A DNA stretch of 64,000 nucleotides from Pavona decussata. Taxonomy: Eukaryota. Each line of letters opens with the position of its first letter. The first letter of the stretch is position 1. The stretch covers positions 5,580,001 through 5,644,000 of the forward strand of contig CDRNST010000049.1 in the NCBI GenBank assembly GCA_977016875.1, given 5' to 3'. This document shows, in pieces, positions 1 to 11,217 of the stretch. The position numbers were made by a program, and so were the translations under genes. Under the pieces are notes generated by a model. That model was not told the DNA's origin. It did not search any database and saw nothing but the letters and a program-made list of their open reading frames with translations.

Positions 1-2223
1 TGTTTACGACCACTGAAAACGAGGATCTGTTTAAAACGCTCTCCACGATGGATAAATTTGAAAATTCTGACTTGGAGCTTTATGAAAACACAGACGTCAC
101 AACAGTAATGTGTGTATGCTGTACTGTGCATTAAGCTTTTCTGCGGATGAGAGAGTGAGTAGTGTGGACTACAAAAATGACACGGGAAACATTTGTTGCC
201 TTATCGGAGCGAAAAAGGCCAAATTTATCCAGATTAGGGCCAAGTCAACTACTGTAAATAACCAAGTCAAGTATTATTCTAATGCGTTGCTTGAAGATAG
301 CTTTATAGTTTAGTGTTAAGTCACCCAAAGTTTGGTCACATGACAACGGCCGCTTGAACAGGCGTTTTTCAAGGACTTCGCAACGTTTGGCGCAATGGTG
401 ACTAAGGAAAATTATTTGACATAGGTTTGTTTAGATATTTTACTGCGTTAAGCCTGATAGAAGAGAATTTTAATTTTGGAAGAGCAAATTGTCGAAGTTT
501 TTCACGGCGTTATAAGTAGGTTTCGTTTGTGGGTATAATTTGGGTTTTACCTTGGTGTAAGAACCTGTGAAGCTTACAGCTGCCGTAAAACAAAGAAAAC
601 AAATACGTCAAAACAATACAGATAAGGAAAAAATAACCTACAACACAAAGAAAAACATATAGCTAAACTTGAGATGGTTCAGAGGCGCTCTGCCCGCTTT
701 GTATTGGATTGATTCCATCCCATAGCTAGTGTCAGTGAGCTGCAATGGGATTCCCTTCTTCTTTTTCTTCTTCCAAGAAACCCCACCTCCTTCAAAAATG
801 TGAGGGGTCGTTAAAAGTGAATAAATAAATTGGCTAACAATATGCAAATTACAAATAGATAAACAAGTAAATAAATAAATATAAATAGATAAGTAAAACA
901 CACAAACGGATGCGGTCAAGAAACTAGTGCTTTTTTGAAAGAGTCCAAGTTCACCTTGAAGAAAGAGGGAAAAGGAGCAAACTAACCTTGCTCAAAAAAA
1001 TCGACAATGATCAAACAATGCTCCCTCTGGGACAAAAAAGTCGCCAAGTGATTACGAACGCTAAGAAAGTCCAGTTCGGTCATACTGATTATTTCAAATT
1101 TTCTTTTTTCCCAAGAACACTGAATAAGGGAATGGAATATTCTTTTAAAAGAATGTAGTTAAAGCTCGATCCCATGCAGCTTTGGTTGCCGTTGTTTCAG
1201 TATTGTAAAATTTTCTGGTTATTTATTATTAGTATTATTTATTTATTTTTAAATCCTTTAACCGCTGACAACAAGAATCATCTTATTGATGGACGCGAAT
1301 AAATTTGGTTCTTACACCTAGGTAACCCAGAATTTGGCATTGAGCAGGTGAAAGTTTGACTGATGAACTGTTTAAATTGCATATTACAAAATTCAAATTA
1401 CTTCGATGGTATACTGCCTATCTGTTCAAGGCAAGCAATTTATGGCCGCGGTTTTTTTTTTTTCGGGACTACTCTAGTCTCCCTCACAGCCTTTCTGTGT
1501 CTCGTCACGCAACGCTCCTCCCCACACAGAACGGCTGCTAGGAGACTAGGACTACTTCAGAATATTTACTCACGGAATATACGTTATTCACGTTCCTTTT
1601 GAACTAATTCTGTTTTCGTAATCAAAACGATAGATAGCAGAATAAACAGAATACACACTCTTGCGAACGTTTTCAGGTTTATGGGAACAGGTGGAATATA
1701 TTGCATTCATTTTTGAACTGATAGTCAATGTTTCCAGTTATTCCTGAACAGGAATTGTCGCGAAATAATGCGCATTGCAATCAGCACTTTATTTATTCAC
1801 TTCATCAGTTCCGCTCTACATTGAAATTATGAAGAACTTAGCTTAAATAAAGGTCGTTGAAGGCCGATAAATAAATGATGTGGGGATGACAAAAAAAATT
1901 ACCCGATGAATTATGTAGCTGTGTGTAAATAAATGATTGCAATTGCTATTAAAACATTTGCCACTTGAGATGTTTAATGCTAATGTTATGGTAATAATGG
2001 GGTTGACAGGCCTACGCGACTCTCATGTGCGTGTTTTAGCCTAAATAAAAGTTTTGCCCTCACAGGTATGTCTTTAAGAGAACACCCTTTTCTCTATGAA
2101 ATGAGCGGTACTCCCTGTGAATTTTCTTTTAGCGCTGGATTTTCTCAAAACCATGTGCTTGAGTGTCGTATGTTTTGTATTTTGAGCTGAAAGGTCATTG
2201 TTATATGACCTCTTGTTGTTTAA

Positions 2224-4456
2224 TTTGTTTGTACTTAAAAATGATTTCCAAACCCCGTGGTTCCTAGGGACTTAAATGAGTGAAAAATGTCGAGTTCAAA
2301 ACTTGGTCATTTCCCCCCCCCCCCCTCCCCCAACCCGCCAAGAGGAATTAAATTCGATTTTTGGACACCCAGAAAGTATTCATGAAAATGGGACCAATTG
2401 ATTCAGCGTGTTTGAAAACGTCCCCTGGGACACGTTTTAGGGCTTCCAAAAGACCGGGAACAAAGAAACAGCCCACAAAAAATGAAGTATCTTTTAGATC
2501 AAAGCTAAACTTTTTTGTCAGGGCTTTGTTTGTACTTAAAAACGATTCCCAAGTGGTTTTTTTGACATCGCGAAGTTCCTAAGAACTTAAACGAGGGAAA
2601 AATGTCGAGTTCAAAACTTGGTCATTTTTTACCCTATGCCCCCAACCCCCCAAGAGGAAAAAATTTGATTTTTGAACCCCCAGAAAATATTCATGAAAAG
2701 GAAGCTAATCTATTCAGCGTGTCTCAAAACGTCTCCCGGAACACGTTTTAGGCCTTCCAAACCAGCAAAGGAAGAAGTCACTTTTGGGTCAAACCTAAAA
2801 CTTTTTTCAGGGCTTTGTTTGTACTTAAAAAAGTGATTCCCAAAATATTTTTTTCGACACCCCGAGGTCCCTAAGGACTTATACGAGTGAAAAATGCTGA
2901 CCTCAAAATTTGTTCATTTTTGACCCTATCCCGCCTCCCTCCCCTCCTAAGAGGAAAAAAAATCGATTTTTAGATTACCAGAAAATATTTATGAAAAAAA
3001 TGCCAATTGATACAGCGTGTCAGAAAATGTCTCCTGGGACATGTTTTAGGCCTCCTAAGCTACCGGGGACAAAAAAAAAAGTCCACATAGGATGAAGTCA
3101 CTTTTAGGTCAAAACTAATTGTAAGGGCTTTGTTTGTACTTAAATGATTCCCAAGTGATTTTTTTCAACAACCCGAGGTCCATAGGGACTTATACGAGTG
3201 AAAAATGCCGACTTCAAAATTTGATCATTTTTGACCCTATCCCCCGTACCCCTTTAGAGGAAAAAATTCGATTTTTGGAACCCAAGAAAATATTCATGAA
3301 GAAAGTTCCAATCGATTCAGCGTTCCCAACATGTCCACCGGAAAACGTGTTAGGCCTCTTTGGGACCCGGGACAAAGAAATAGCCCACAAAGGATGAAGT
3401 TACTTTTGGGTCAAAACTAAACCTTTTGGCCGGGGCTTTGTTTGTACTTAAAAATTATTTCCAAGTGCTTTTTTTCGACACCCCGAGGTCCCTAGGGACT
3501 TAAGCGACTTCAAAATTTGGTAATTTTTGACCCTATTCCCACTAATTCCCCCCCCCCCTCCTAAGCCCCACCTCCAGGGGAAAAAATTCGAATTTTGGAC
3601 ACCCTGAAAATATTCATGAAAAAGGTGCCAATCGATTCAGCCTGTCCGAAAACGTCTCCAAGGACACGCTTTTGGTTTCCTAAGGGACTGAGGACAAAGA
3701 AATAGCCCACAAAGGGTCAAGTCACTTTTGGGTCAAAACTAAACCTTTTTGTCAGGGCTTTGTTTGTACTTATAAATTATTCCCAAGTGATGTTCTCGAC
3801 ACCCAGAGGTCCCAATGGACTTTAACAACTGAATAATGCCGACTTCAAAATTTGGTCATTTTTTTTACCCTTTCCTCCCTCCCCCTCCCCCAGAGGAAAA
3901 ATTCAATTTTCGGACCCCAAGAAAGTAACGAAAAAGGTGTCGATCGATTCAGCGTGTCCAAAAGCGTCCCTCGGGAGACGTTATAGGCCTCCCAAAGGAC
4001 CGGGGACAAAGAAATAGCCAACGAAGGATGAAGTGACTATTGCATCTAAACTAAAATGTTTTGTCAGGGCTTTGTTTGTAATTAAAAATAATTCTCAAGT
4101 GATTATTTCAACACCCCAAGGTTTCTAGGGATTTAAACGTGTAAAAAATTCCAACTTCAAAATTTGGTCATTTTTGACCCTACCCCTTCTACACCTTCCC
4201 CCCCCCCCCCCCCCCCAGAAAAAAAATTCAATTTTTGGACCCCAGGGAAATAATGAAAAAGGTACCAATCGATTCAGCGTGTCCACAAGCGTCTCCCGGG
4301 AGACGTTTTAGGCCTCCCAAACGACCGGGGACAAAGACATAGCCAATAAAGGATGAAGTCACTTATAGGTGAAAACTAAAAATTTTTTGTCAGGGTTTTT
4401 ATTGTACTTAAAAATGGTTTCCAAGTGCTTTATTCGACACCCCGAAGTCCCCTAGT
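2224..4456. repeat. tandem satellite, ~290-325-bp unit, ~7 diverged copies
   Basis: Recurring tttgtttgtacttaaa...aaaatttggtcatttttgacccta...atcgattcagcgtgtc...gatgaagtcactttt blocks starting near 2225, 2525, 2814, 3130, 3436, 3758, 4071 and 4397. Confidence 0.9.
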
Positions 4457-5660
4457 CCAGGGTGAGGGATGAACCTACTGCCACGGTGTAGGATGAGCCT
4501 GCTGCCAAGGTATGGGATAAACCTGGTGCCGGGATGCAGGATGAGTCTGCTGCCAGTGTGCAGGATGCGCTTGCTGCCGGGGTGTAGGATGAACCTTCTG
4601 CTAGGGTGTGGGATGAGCCTGCTACCAGGGTGCAGGATGAATTTGCTGCTGGGGTATGGGATGAACTTACTGTCGGGGTGCAGGATATTCCCGAACCGAC
4701 GACTGAGATCGGGGTACGAGATTAGGTGCAGGATTAGTCTGCTGCAGGGGTGTGGAATGAACTTGCTGCCGGGTTGCAGGATAAATCTGCAGCTGGGGTG
4801 TGGGATGATCCTGCTTCCATGGTATGGGATGAGCATGCTGCTGGGGTGCAGGATGAGCCTGCTGCCATGCTGCAGAATGAGTCTGCTACTGAGGTGCGGG
4901 ATGAACCTTCTTCCAGGGTGTGGAATGAGCCGGCTGCTGGGGTGCAGGATGAACCTTCTTCCAGGGTGTAGGATGAGCCGGCTGCTGGGGTGCGGGATGA
5001 GCCCGCTGCCAGGGTGTGGGATGATCATGCTGCTGGGGTGCAAGATGTGCCTGCTGCCAGGGTGTGGGATGAGCCTGCTGCTGGGGTGCGGGATGAGCCC
5101 GCTGCCAGGGTGTGGGATGAGCCGGCTGCTGGGGTGCAGGATGAGCCCGCTGCCAGGGTGTGGGATGATCATGCTGCTGGGGTGCAGGATGAGCCTGCTG
5201 CCATGCTGCGGAATGAGTCTTCTACTGGGGTGCGGGATGAACCTGCTGCCAGGGTGTGGGATGAGCCGGCTGCTGGGGTGCGGGATGAATCTTCTTCCAG
5301 GGTGTGGGATGAGCCGGCTGCTGGGGTGCGGGATGAACCTGCTGCCAGGGTGTGGGATGAGTCTGCTGCTGGGGTGCGGGATGAATCTTCATCCAGGGTG
5401 TGGAATAAGCCTGCTGCTGGGGTGCAGGATGAACCTGCCACCAGGGTGTGGGATGAGCTGGCTGCTGGGGTGTGGGATGAACCTGCTGCCAGGATGCGGG
5501 ATGAGTCTGCTACTAGAGTGCGGGATGAACCTACTGCCAAGATGCGGGATGAGTCTGCTTCTGGGGTGTGGGATGAACCTGCTGCCAGTATGCGGGATTT
5601 GTCTGTTGCGGGGGTGTGGAATGACCCTGCTGCTGGGAAGTGGGATGAGTCTGCTGCATG
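4457..5660. repeat. 24-bp G-rich minisatellite (~50 units, 48-bp higher order)
   Basis: Unit approx ccagggtgtgggatgagcctgctg alternating with ctggggtgcrggatgaaccygctg. Confidence 0.95.
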
Positions 5661-5714
5661 ACTCGCGAGCTTACGTTATCACCATAAATCAGTCAATTTC
5701 CCCTTCATTCCCTT

Positions 5715-5813
5715 GTCTACGACAACACCAGTGAGAAATCACCGGTTCTCGTCCAATCACCGCAGTTAAATACCTGGACGATTGATCGCCTGGGAATACC
5801 TTGTGTTGTGGGT
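5715..5813 (+). pseudogene. 5S rRNA-like pseudogene with internal deletion
   Basis: gtctacgac...caccggttctcgtcc.atcaccg.agttaa...cgcctgggaatacc; about 20 nt missing after box A. Confidence 0.75.
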
Positions 5814-5936
5814 TACTCGTTTTGGTTTCTTTTGTTGTTGTTGTTGTTGTAATTAAGTTGCTTTTCCTGTCGTTTTGTATAAAAATTTACTTTTGCTACC
5901 CCCAACAAAAATTTGCGGATGAAGTTCAGCCCAAAA

Positions 5937-6705
5937 GGTGGCCGAACATAGTTTGCGCGCGCTTTACAGATTCTGTTAGTGATGTTATTAAGCGCGCTAG
6001 GGTTGTGGTACGCAAATACGACGGTCGATAAAGTGATCCCTCATTTTCACATGAAATGGATAATAAAGTTAGGTTTTGGTCCTAAATAACTAAGTTTCTC
6101 GTTTCTGGAATCTTTTTCTTTCCTTTCCGAGCAAAAAAGTCATTCACTAAGACCTTTTGCATGCTTTTCATCTTGCCATGAAACCCAATTAAAGCCACGC
6201 ATGCGCATTTGAGCAAAAAATTGCGACTGGTTGTTTTCGTGGAAATGAACTATTTTCTAAGGAACCGCTCATTAGAATTTCGTGAAATTTGGCATGAAAA
6301 TAGTTCCCTAAAAGTGTAACTCGCCTACAAAGAGAAACCTAAATCTAACAGAGGGAATCTTCACAAAACATAAAAATGCAAAATCAATATTTACAGGAGA
6401 TCTCTCTGTTAAAATTACATGAAAATAGTGCAACTGTGTCAGTGTTAAGTGAGTTTTTTTCAGGATACAAAAAATGGAAAAAATCTAATGAGTACATTTT
6501 CTAAAAATAAGGGAAACCTACTATTTATGGACGTTTAATAGCTCGCTGCGTTGCCATGGAAACGGTACTTAGCTCAACAAGACGTACGAAAATACATTCT
6601 TTCTTAGTTAGTCTTACACCATACCAATTTTGGGCGTCCAGAAATACATAGTTTCCAAATAACGTCTTCTAACACCTGTACACTAGAAAACTGTGTTCGG
6701 CCACC
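5937..6705. mobile_element. non-autonomous DNA transposon (Kolobok-like MITE)
   Basis: TIR GGTGGCCGAACAYAGTTT / AAACTGTGTTCGGCCACC. It splits the 5S spacer, which is uninterrupted at 16800-16830. TSD is degenerate. Confidence 0.7.
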
Positions 6706-6906
6706 TTCAAAGAAAGAGCAGTTCGAGAAAACAGATGAAAAACTTAAAAACTAAGTTGTTAGTTGATAAGCGCGTGGATTGACAGAAATTCGAAGCAACG
6801 ACAATTTCTCGTCTCTGACGGCTTTTAAAATGCCTTACACCGGTAGGGATGATGCAACGAACTTCCGTTATCACCATAAATCAGTTAATTTCCCCATCAT
6901 TCCATT

Positions 6907-7025
6907 GTCTACGACCAAACCGCAGCGAAAACACCGGTTCCCATCCGATCACCGAAGTTAAGCTCTGTCGGGCGCGGTCAGTACCTGGACGATTGCTCGC
7001 CTGGAAATACCTCGTGTTGTAGTCT
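6907..7025 (+). rRNA. 5S rRNA-like sequence (full length 119 nt, divergent; probable pseudogene or variant)
   Basis: gtctacgaccaaacc...aaaacaccggttcccatccgatcaccgaagttaagc...cgggcgcggtcagtacctgga...cgcctggaaatacc...gtgttgtag. The box C region is altered. TTTT follows downstream. Confidence 0.8.
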
Positions 7026-7037
7026 ACTCATTTTGCT

Positions 7038-7050
7038 TTCTCTCTCTCTC

Positions 7051-7091
<41 letters not shown>

Positions 7092-7099
7092 TTTTTTTT
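7038..7099. repeat. (CT)n microsatellite + poly-T
   Basis: Directly visible. Confidence 0.9.
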
Positions 7100-7984
7100 G
7101 TTGTTTAAGACGAGATTTTTTTGAACTTCGAGCAACGCGCGGCCAAAATTCCCGTGATGCCACTCGTCACTCGTCAGCATTCACGTGTGTTTCGCATCCG
7201 GAGTAAAAAGATTTCGCTTTTTTCTTTTCCGTTCGCTTTTTATCCACCTTAAGAAACGGATATAGAGCATTTACTATGGTAGAAATAACTACAACTATGT
7301 AAACCTTCATTTGGCCTCAATATTATGGAGATGAAGAAGTTGAAACCGTCGCGAGATGCAATCAACGTGTGGCCTGTTCTTGGAGAACTATGGCTTATCC
7401 CGCCGGTTAACTTTCGATAACAGCGTGGCTAATCCAGTTATTTAAAGGTATGTTATACTTTACTTGTAAAGGTATCAGTTATTTCTTTTAGTAATAATCC
7501 TTTACATCACAGAAATCCATTTAAAGGAACAGTTTGAAACGCCGTTTGCCCTAGCTGTTTAGAGCAAGATTTACTGGTGCGGTGTCCACCTGGAGATTTT
7601 TTTATCCGCTGGCATATCCCTGATATCGTCGATCCTCGGGTGCAATTTTCGATTATTCCGTTCTTTTTATGAACGTTTATGTAAAAGAACATAGTCAGGA
7701 TAGACATTTAAACTTAAATGGTTCTGCTTTACCTTTAGAATTATTGAATACAAGCGCAATATTCATTGTTGGGATTTCCATGGTTTGTTAATTGCAAAAT
7801 CAATCTCATCGTGCGAAATAAAAATTATTTATATTCCTTTTCAGGAACAATTCTTTTAAAACGTAGTTGTACTAAGGGTTACTGACCTAAAGCAATTTTA
7901 TTCATATATTTTACACTCGATACTAACATTATTCAAGTAAAATACATTTGAACCGGTTGTTTTTTCTTCAACTCAAACTTGTAG

Positions 7985-9332
7985 GCTAATGCAATGTCAA
8001 CACTCTCACATCGGCCCAGCAACAAGAGATCTGGTTTTCTTTGGTAAGTGCTGAGTTACTGAACATACTGTTATTTCGAACTTCAAATATAGTGTTTTTA
8101 TTTTGTACGATGTAATGCTATTGCAATGGTGACTTTCGCTCATCATTTACGATTTCTTCGCGACAGAAATGATGGCTTGTGAATCGAATAACGAAGAAAC
8201 TTGTTTTCCGCTTTATCCTTAATTAGTTGTGTTGTGTACTAGAGTGTTATCCTAACAAAACAGGCCTCCAGAATACAAGCTCGCCAGTGCTGCTCAAGTT
8301 GATGTGATTTCGTTTTGAACCGGTTGTGCGATTGCAATTTGAAAATGCGCGAGTGTGGTTTGTTTATAATGAAATTCGATAGCCGCCGCTCGAACACGAT
8401 CGAGATTCTTTCACGTGCCAAGATTCTTTCTCGTCGAACTGCAAATATTTCCTTTGCACGTCTTGTATTTGAACGTAGATATTTATAGTTTTGCGTACAT
8501 TTTATGGTAAGTTCACACCATTTCCATGTTTTGTTCAGGAATATGAAGCTATTAAAATCGTAATAGTGTTACTGAAGTCCGCAGCTACCGTACTTACAAC
8601 TATTGAAAAGAAACCTTTTTTTTTTCTGTTTTATATAAAGCCTATCTGTACGGTCGGTTTTAAATTAAAGAGCCATCTATTTGCGATTTCTTATCGATCA
8701 GCATCGGTACTTGTATTGGTGTGAAGTAAAATGTTCCATTGATGAGAAATTCTTTTCAACATCGAAATTCCCGCCGTTTTCCTGAGCTGTTGGTTTACGA
8801 CCACCATGGAAAAGCGCGGCAAAGTTGGCGTGGAGCGCGACGCGAGCCAACCTGCCCTAGCTGTTGTTTTGCTGTGACGCCAATATGTCTACAAAACGGG
8901 CCAAATATCCGCTAAGGTAGTGGAGAATTTCCAAGTGTTTTATTTGGAAGTAGTACAGTGTAACATGTTTTTTGAAGTTCGGTTTTAAAATACTAATTTT
9001 ACCCTAAATTCTGTAACATTATAGTGAAAATGCAATCATTTTAAAGAGACGAAAACTACTAACAGGTAGTTTTCAGTGTCAAGGTGTTGTTTTCCCAGAG
9101 GAGGTAGAGAGGTACATGTAATGCATTTTTTTCAAATCTGAATTACATTGAAATCACTCCAATTGGCATGAAAATAATTTTATTTTTTTCCACAATTGCA
9201 TTATATTTCAGAAGCCCTGAAGAATTGCAAAATCAAAAAGAAGAAGAAATGAAAAGAAGGAAAGAATTGGAGGAAAGATTGGCAAAGGAGACGAAAAAGA
9301 AAGAAAACAAAAAGAAAAAAATAAATTTATAG
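7985..9332 (+). CDS. putative 3' exons of a second small spliced gene inside the transposon (7985-8043, 9099-9111, 9212-9332)
   Basis: Splice phases are consistent and give LMQCQHSHIGPATRDLVFFEEVERSPEELQNQKEEEMKRRKELEERLAKETKKKENKKKKINL*. The 5' exons were not recovered intact. Confidence 0.35.
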
Positions 9333-9425
9333 TTTGGCATAATATGCAACATTGCTTATTTACTATCAATCTGTGATCTGTTTCCTATATGTTTTCAAGA
9401 TCTTTTTTAAATTACATTTTGAAGT

Positions 9426-9916
9426 GTAATGGGCCTTATCACGGTTTTCAACGCCATTTTGACAAGTAGGCAAACACTCCTTGAAACAACAGTTTTTGTA
9501 TGGAAATCCTATATCAAATAATTTTCATAAAACAACCCTTTAAACAATTCATGAATTGTAAACTTTTGGCACTAGGAAAAGGATTTTAGAAAAAAAAATT
9601 GGAGGGATGTCGCTGTGCCAGAAAGCATCCAGTCGTGTTTTGAACTTTCCATACATTTCCATACATTTGGTTCGCTGTAGAGACAAATGTATGGAAAGTT
9701 CAAAACACGACTGCACGCTTTCTGGCACAGCTACGTCCCTCTAATTTTTTTCTTAAAATCCTTTTCCTAGTGCAAAAATTTACAATTCACAAATTTTTCA
9801 GAAGTGATGTCTTATGAGAACTATTTGATGTTGGATTTCCATACAAACACTGTTATTTCAAGACGTGTTTGCCTACTCATCAAAATGGTGTCAAAAACCG
9901 TGATCAGGCCGATTAC
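9426..9916. mobile_element. palindromic MITE nested in the Sola3-like element
   Basis: Near-complete hairpin: ggccttatcacggtttt...catacattt / aaatgtatgg...aaaaccgtgatcaggcc. Confidence 0.8.
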
Positions 9917-11217
9917 TTTTATTTGTATACCGGTATGTAATATGAAAAGTGACTTTGACTCACTCTCAATCCTCTGCATTTTACAGGTCCTAACCCTTGG
10001 CCCTCAAAGATATAAGTGATTATTAAATAAATATGTTCATGACATTAAAACCCAACAATTTTTTAGATTTTTATTCTGAAAAATAATGAATTTGGTCTTT
10101 TGATTTGGGGTAAAATTCAGACAAATTTTGAGACACCATTGTACTGGAAATAGTGGAAATGGAAACAGTAAAATATCCTCACTGCACACCTATTACCCCG
10201 TCACGGAGAACTAAGTTATGGAAAGATGCCGCGACTGTTAGGGCAATAGGCGTGCCGAACATAGCGCAAAGGCGAAGCCAACCGCCACCAGGGGAGGTGG
10301 GAGGGGCGAAACTTAAACGCCACTTTCACCGAACTCCGTAGAACTGGCCAGGAAGCGGCTAAAACGGAGCTATTTGAAGCGAGGGCCGCAAGGCATCATG
10401 CGCGGCAGCAGGCTGGCCCGGCAGGACGGAATTTAACTGATTTAAATCTTCCCGTGCTACGGGCTAATTATGTATGCAGTGAGAATATTTCAAAACTTAG
10501 ACTGACAAACAATGTCATTGTAACAGGTATACCAATATCTAAGGAATGGTTTCTCAAGATGCTATTCATGGATTTGTCACAAATTTTATTTGAAAATCAT
10601 TTTTATTGAGCACTGTTTACAAAATTTGGACAGTAAAAACAGACTGCTAAAACATATTGGCATTATCAATTTCAGACTGCTAAAATTTTCAGATGGGTTT
10701 AGTATTTCTGGCCTTTTTTTTCCCCAAACTTTTTGGGGTTAATTAATACATTGACTGACTGGGAGGGCCAGGTGGGAAATATTTGGCACCAAGTCATGGT
10801 GTATAGACAGAACACGATGAGGTCCACGCACCATGATTGACCTACTGAATTCTCATCAATAAGTATTTTATCATACCATCATATTTATGTCCGAGTTTAA
10901 AATTTTGAAAAGGTCTTGGAAAATACCTGACGAATGGTAAATTGCACTAGCACTAAAGGAGCAAATCATGTGTGTTTGAAGGGTCATGCAGACAGCTTTT
11001 TTCTGAGCGATCTCATGTGTCGACTTACAAAAATTGTATCAGTGGGGCCATGTGGTGGTATGTACTTATTGACTGAGTGGGAGGATAAGATGGGAAAAGT
11101 TTGGCTTGACTGTCATGACATACAAACCAAGCACAGCTAAGTCAATATTAATTTTTGTATTGCAAATTATAATAGATTATCTGTAATATATCACGTGGTA
11201 TCGAGTATAAAATGATG

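Noticed and set aside
2224-5660. CRISPR-like repeat arrays
   Set aside because: Eukaryotic context, no unique spacers and no cas genes.
4408-5734. Long ORFs (421, 254 and 223 aa) with Cys/Gly or Pro/His periodicity
   Set aside because: Explained by the 24-bp minisatellite; no splice or promoter context or domain signature.
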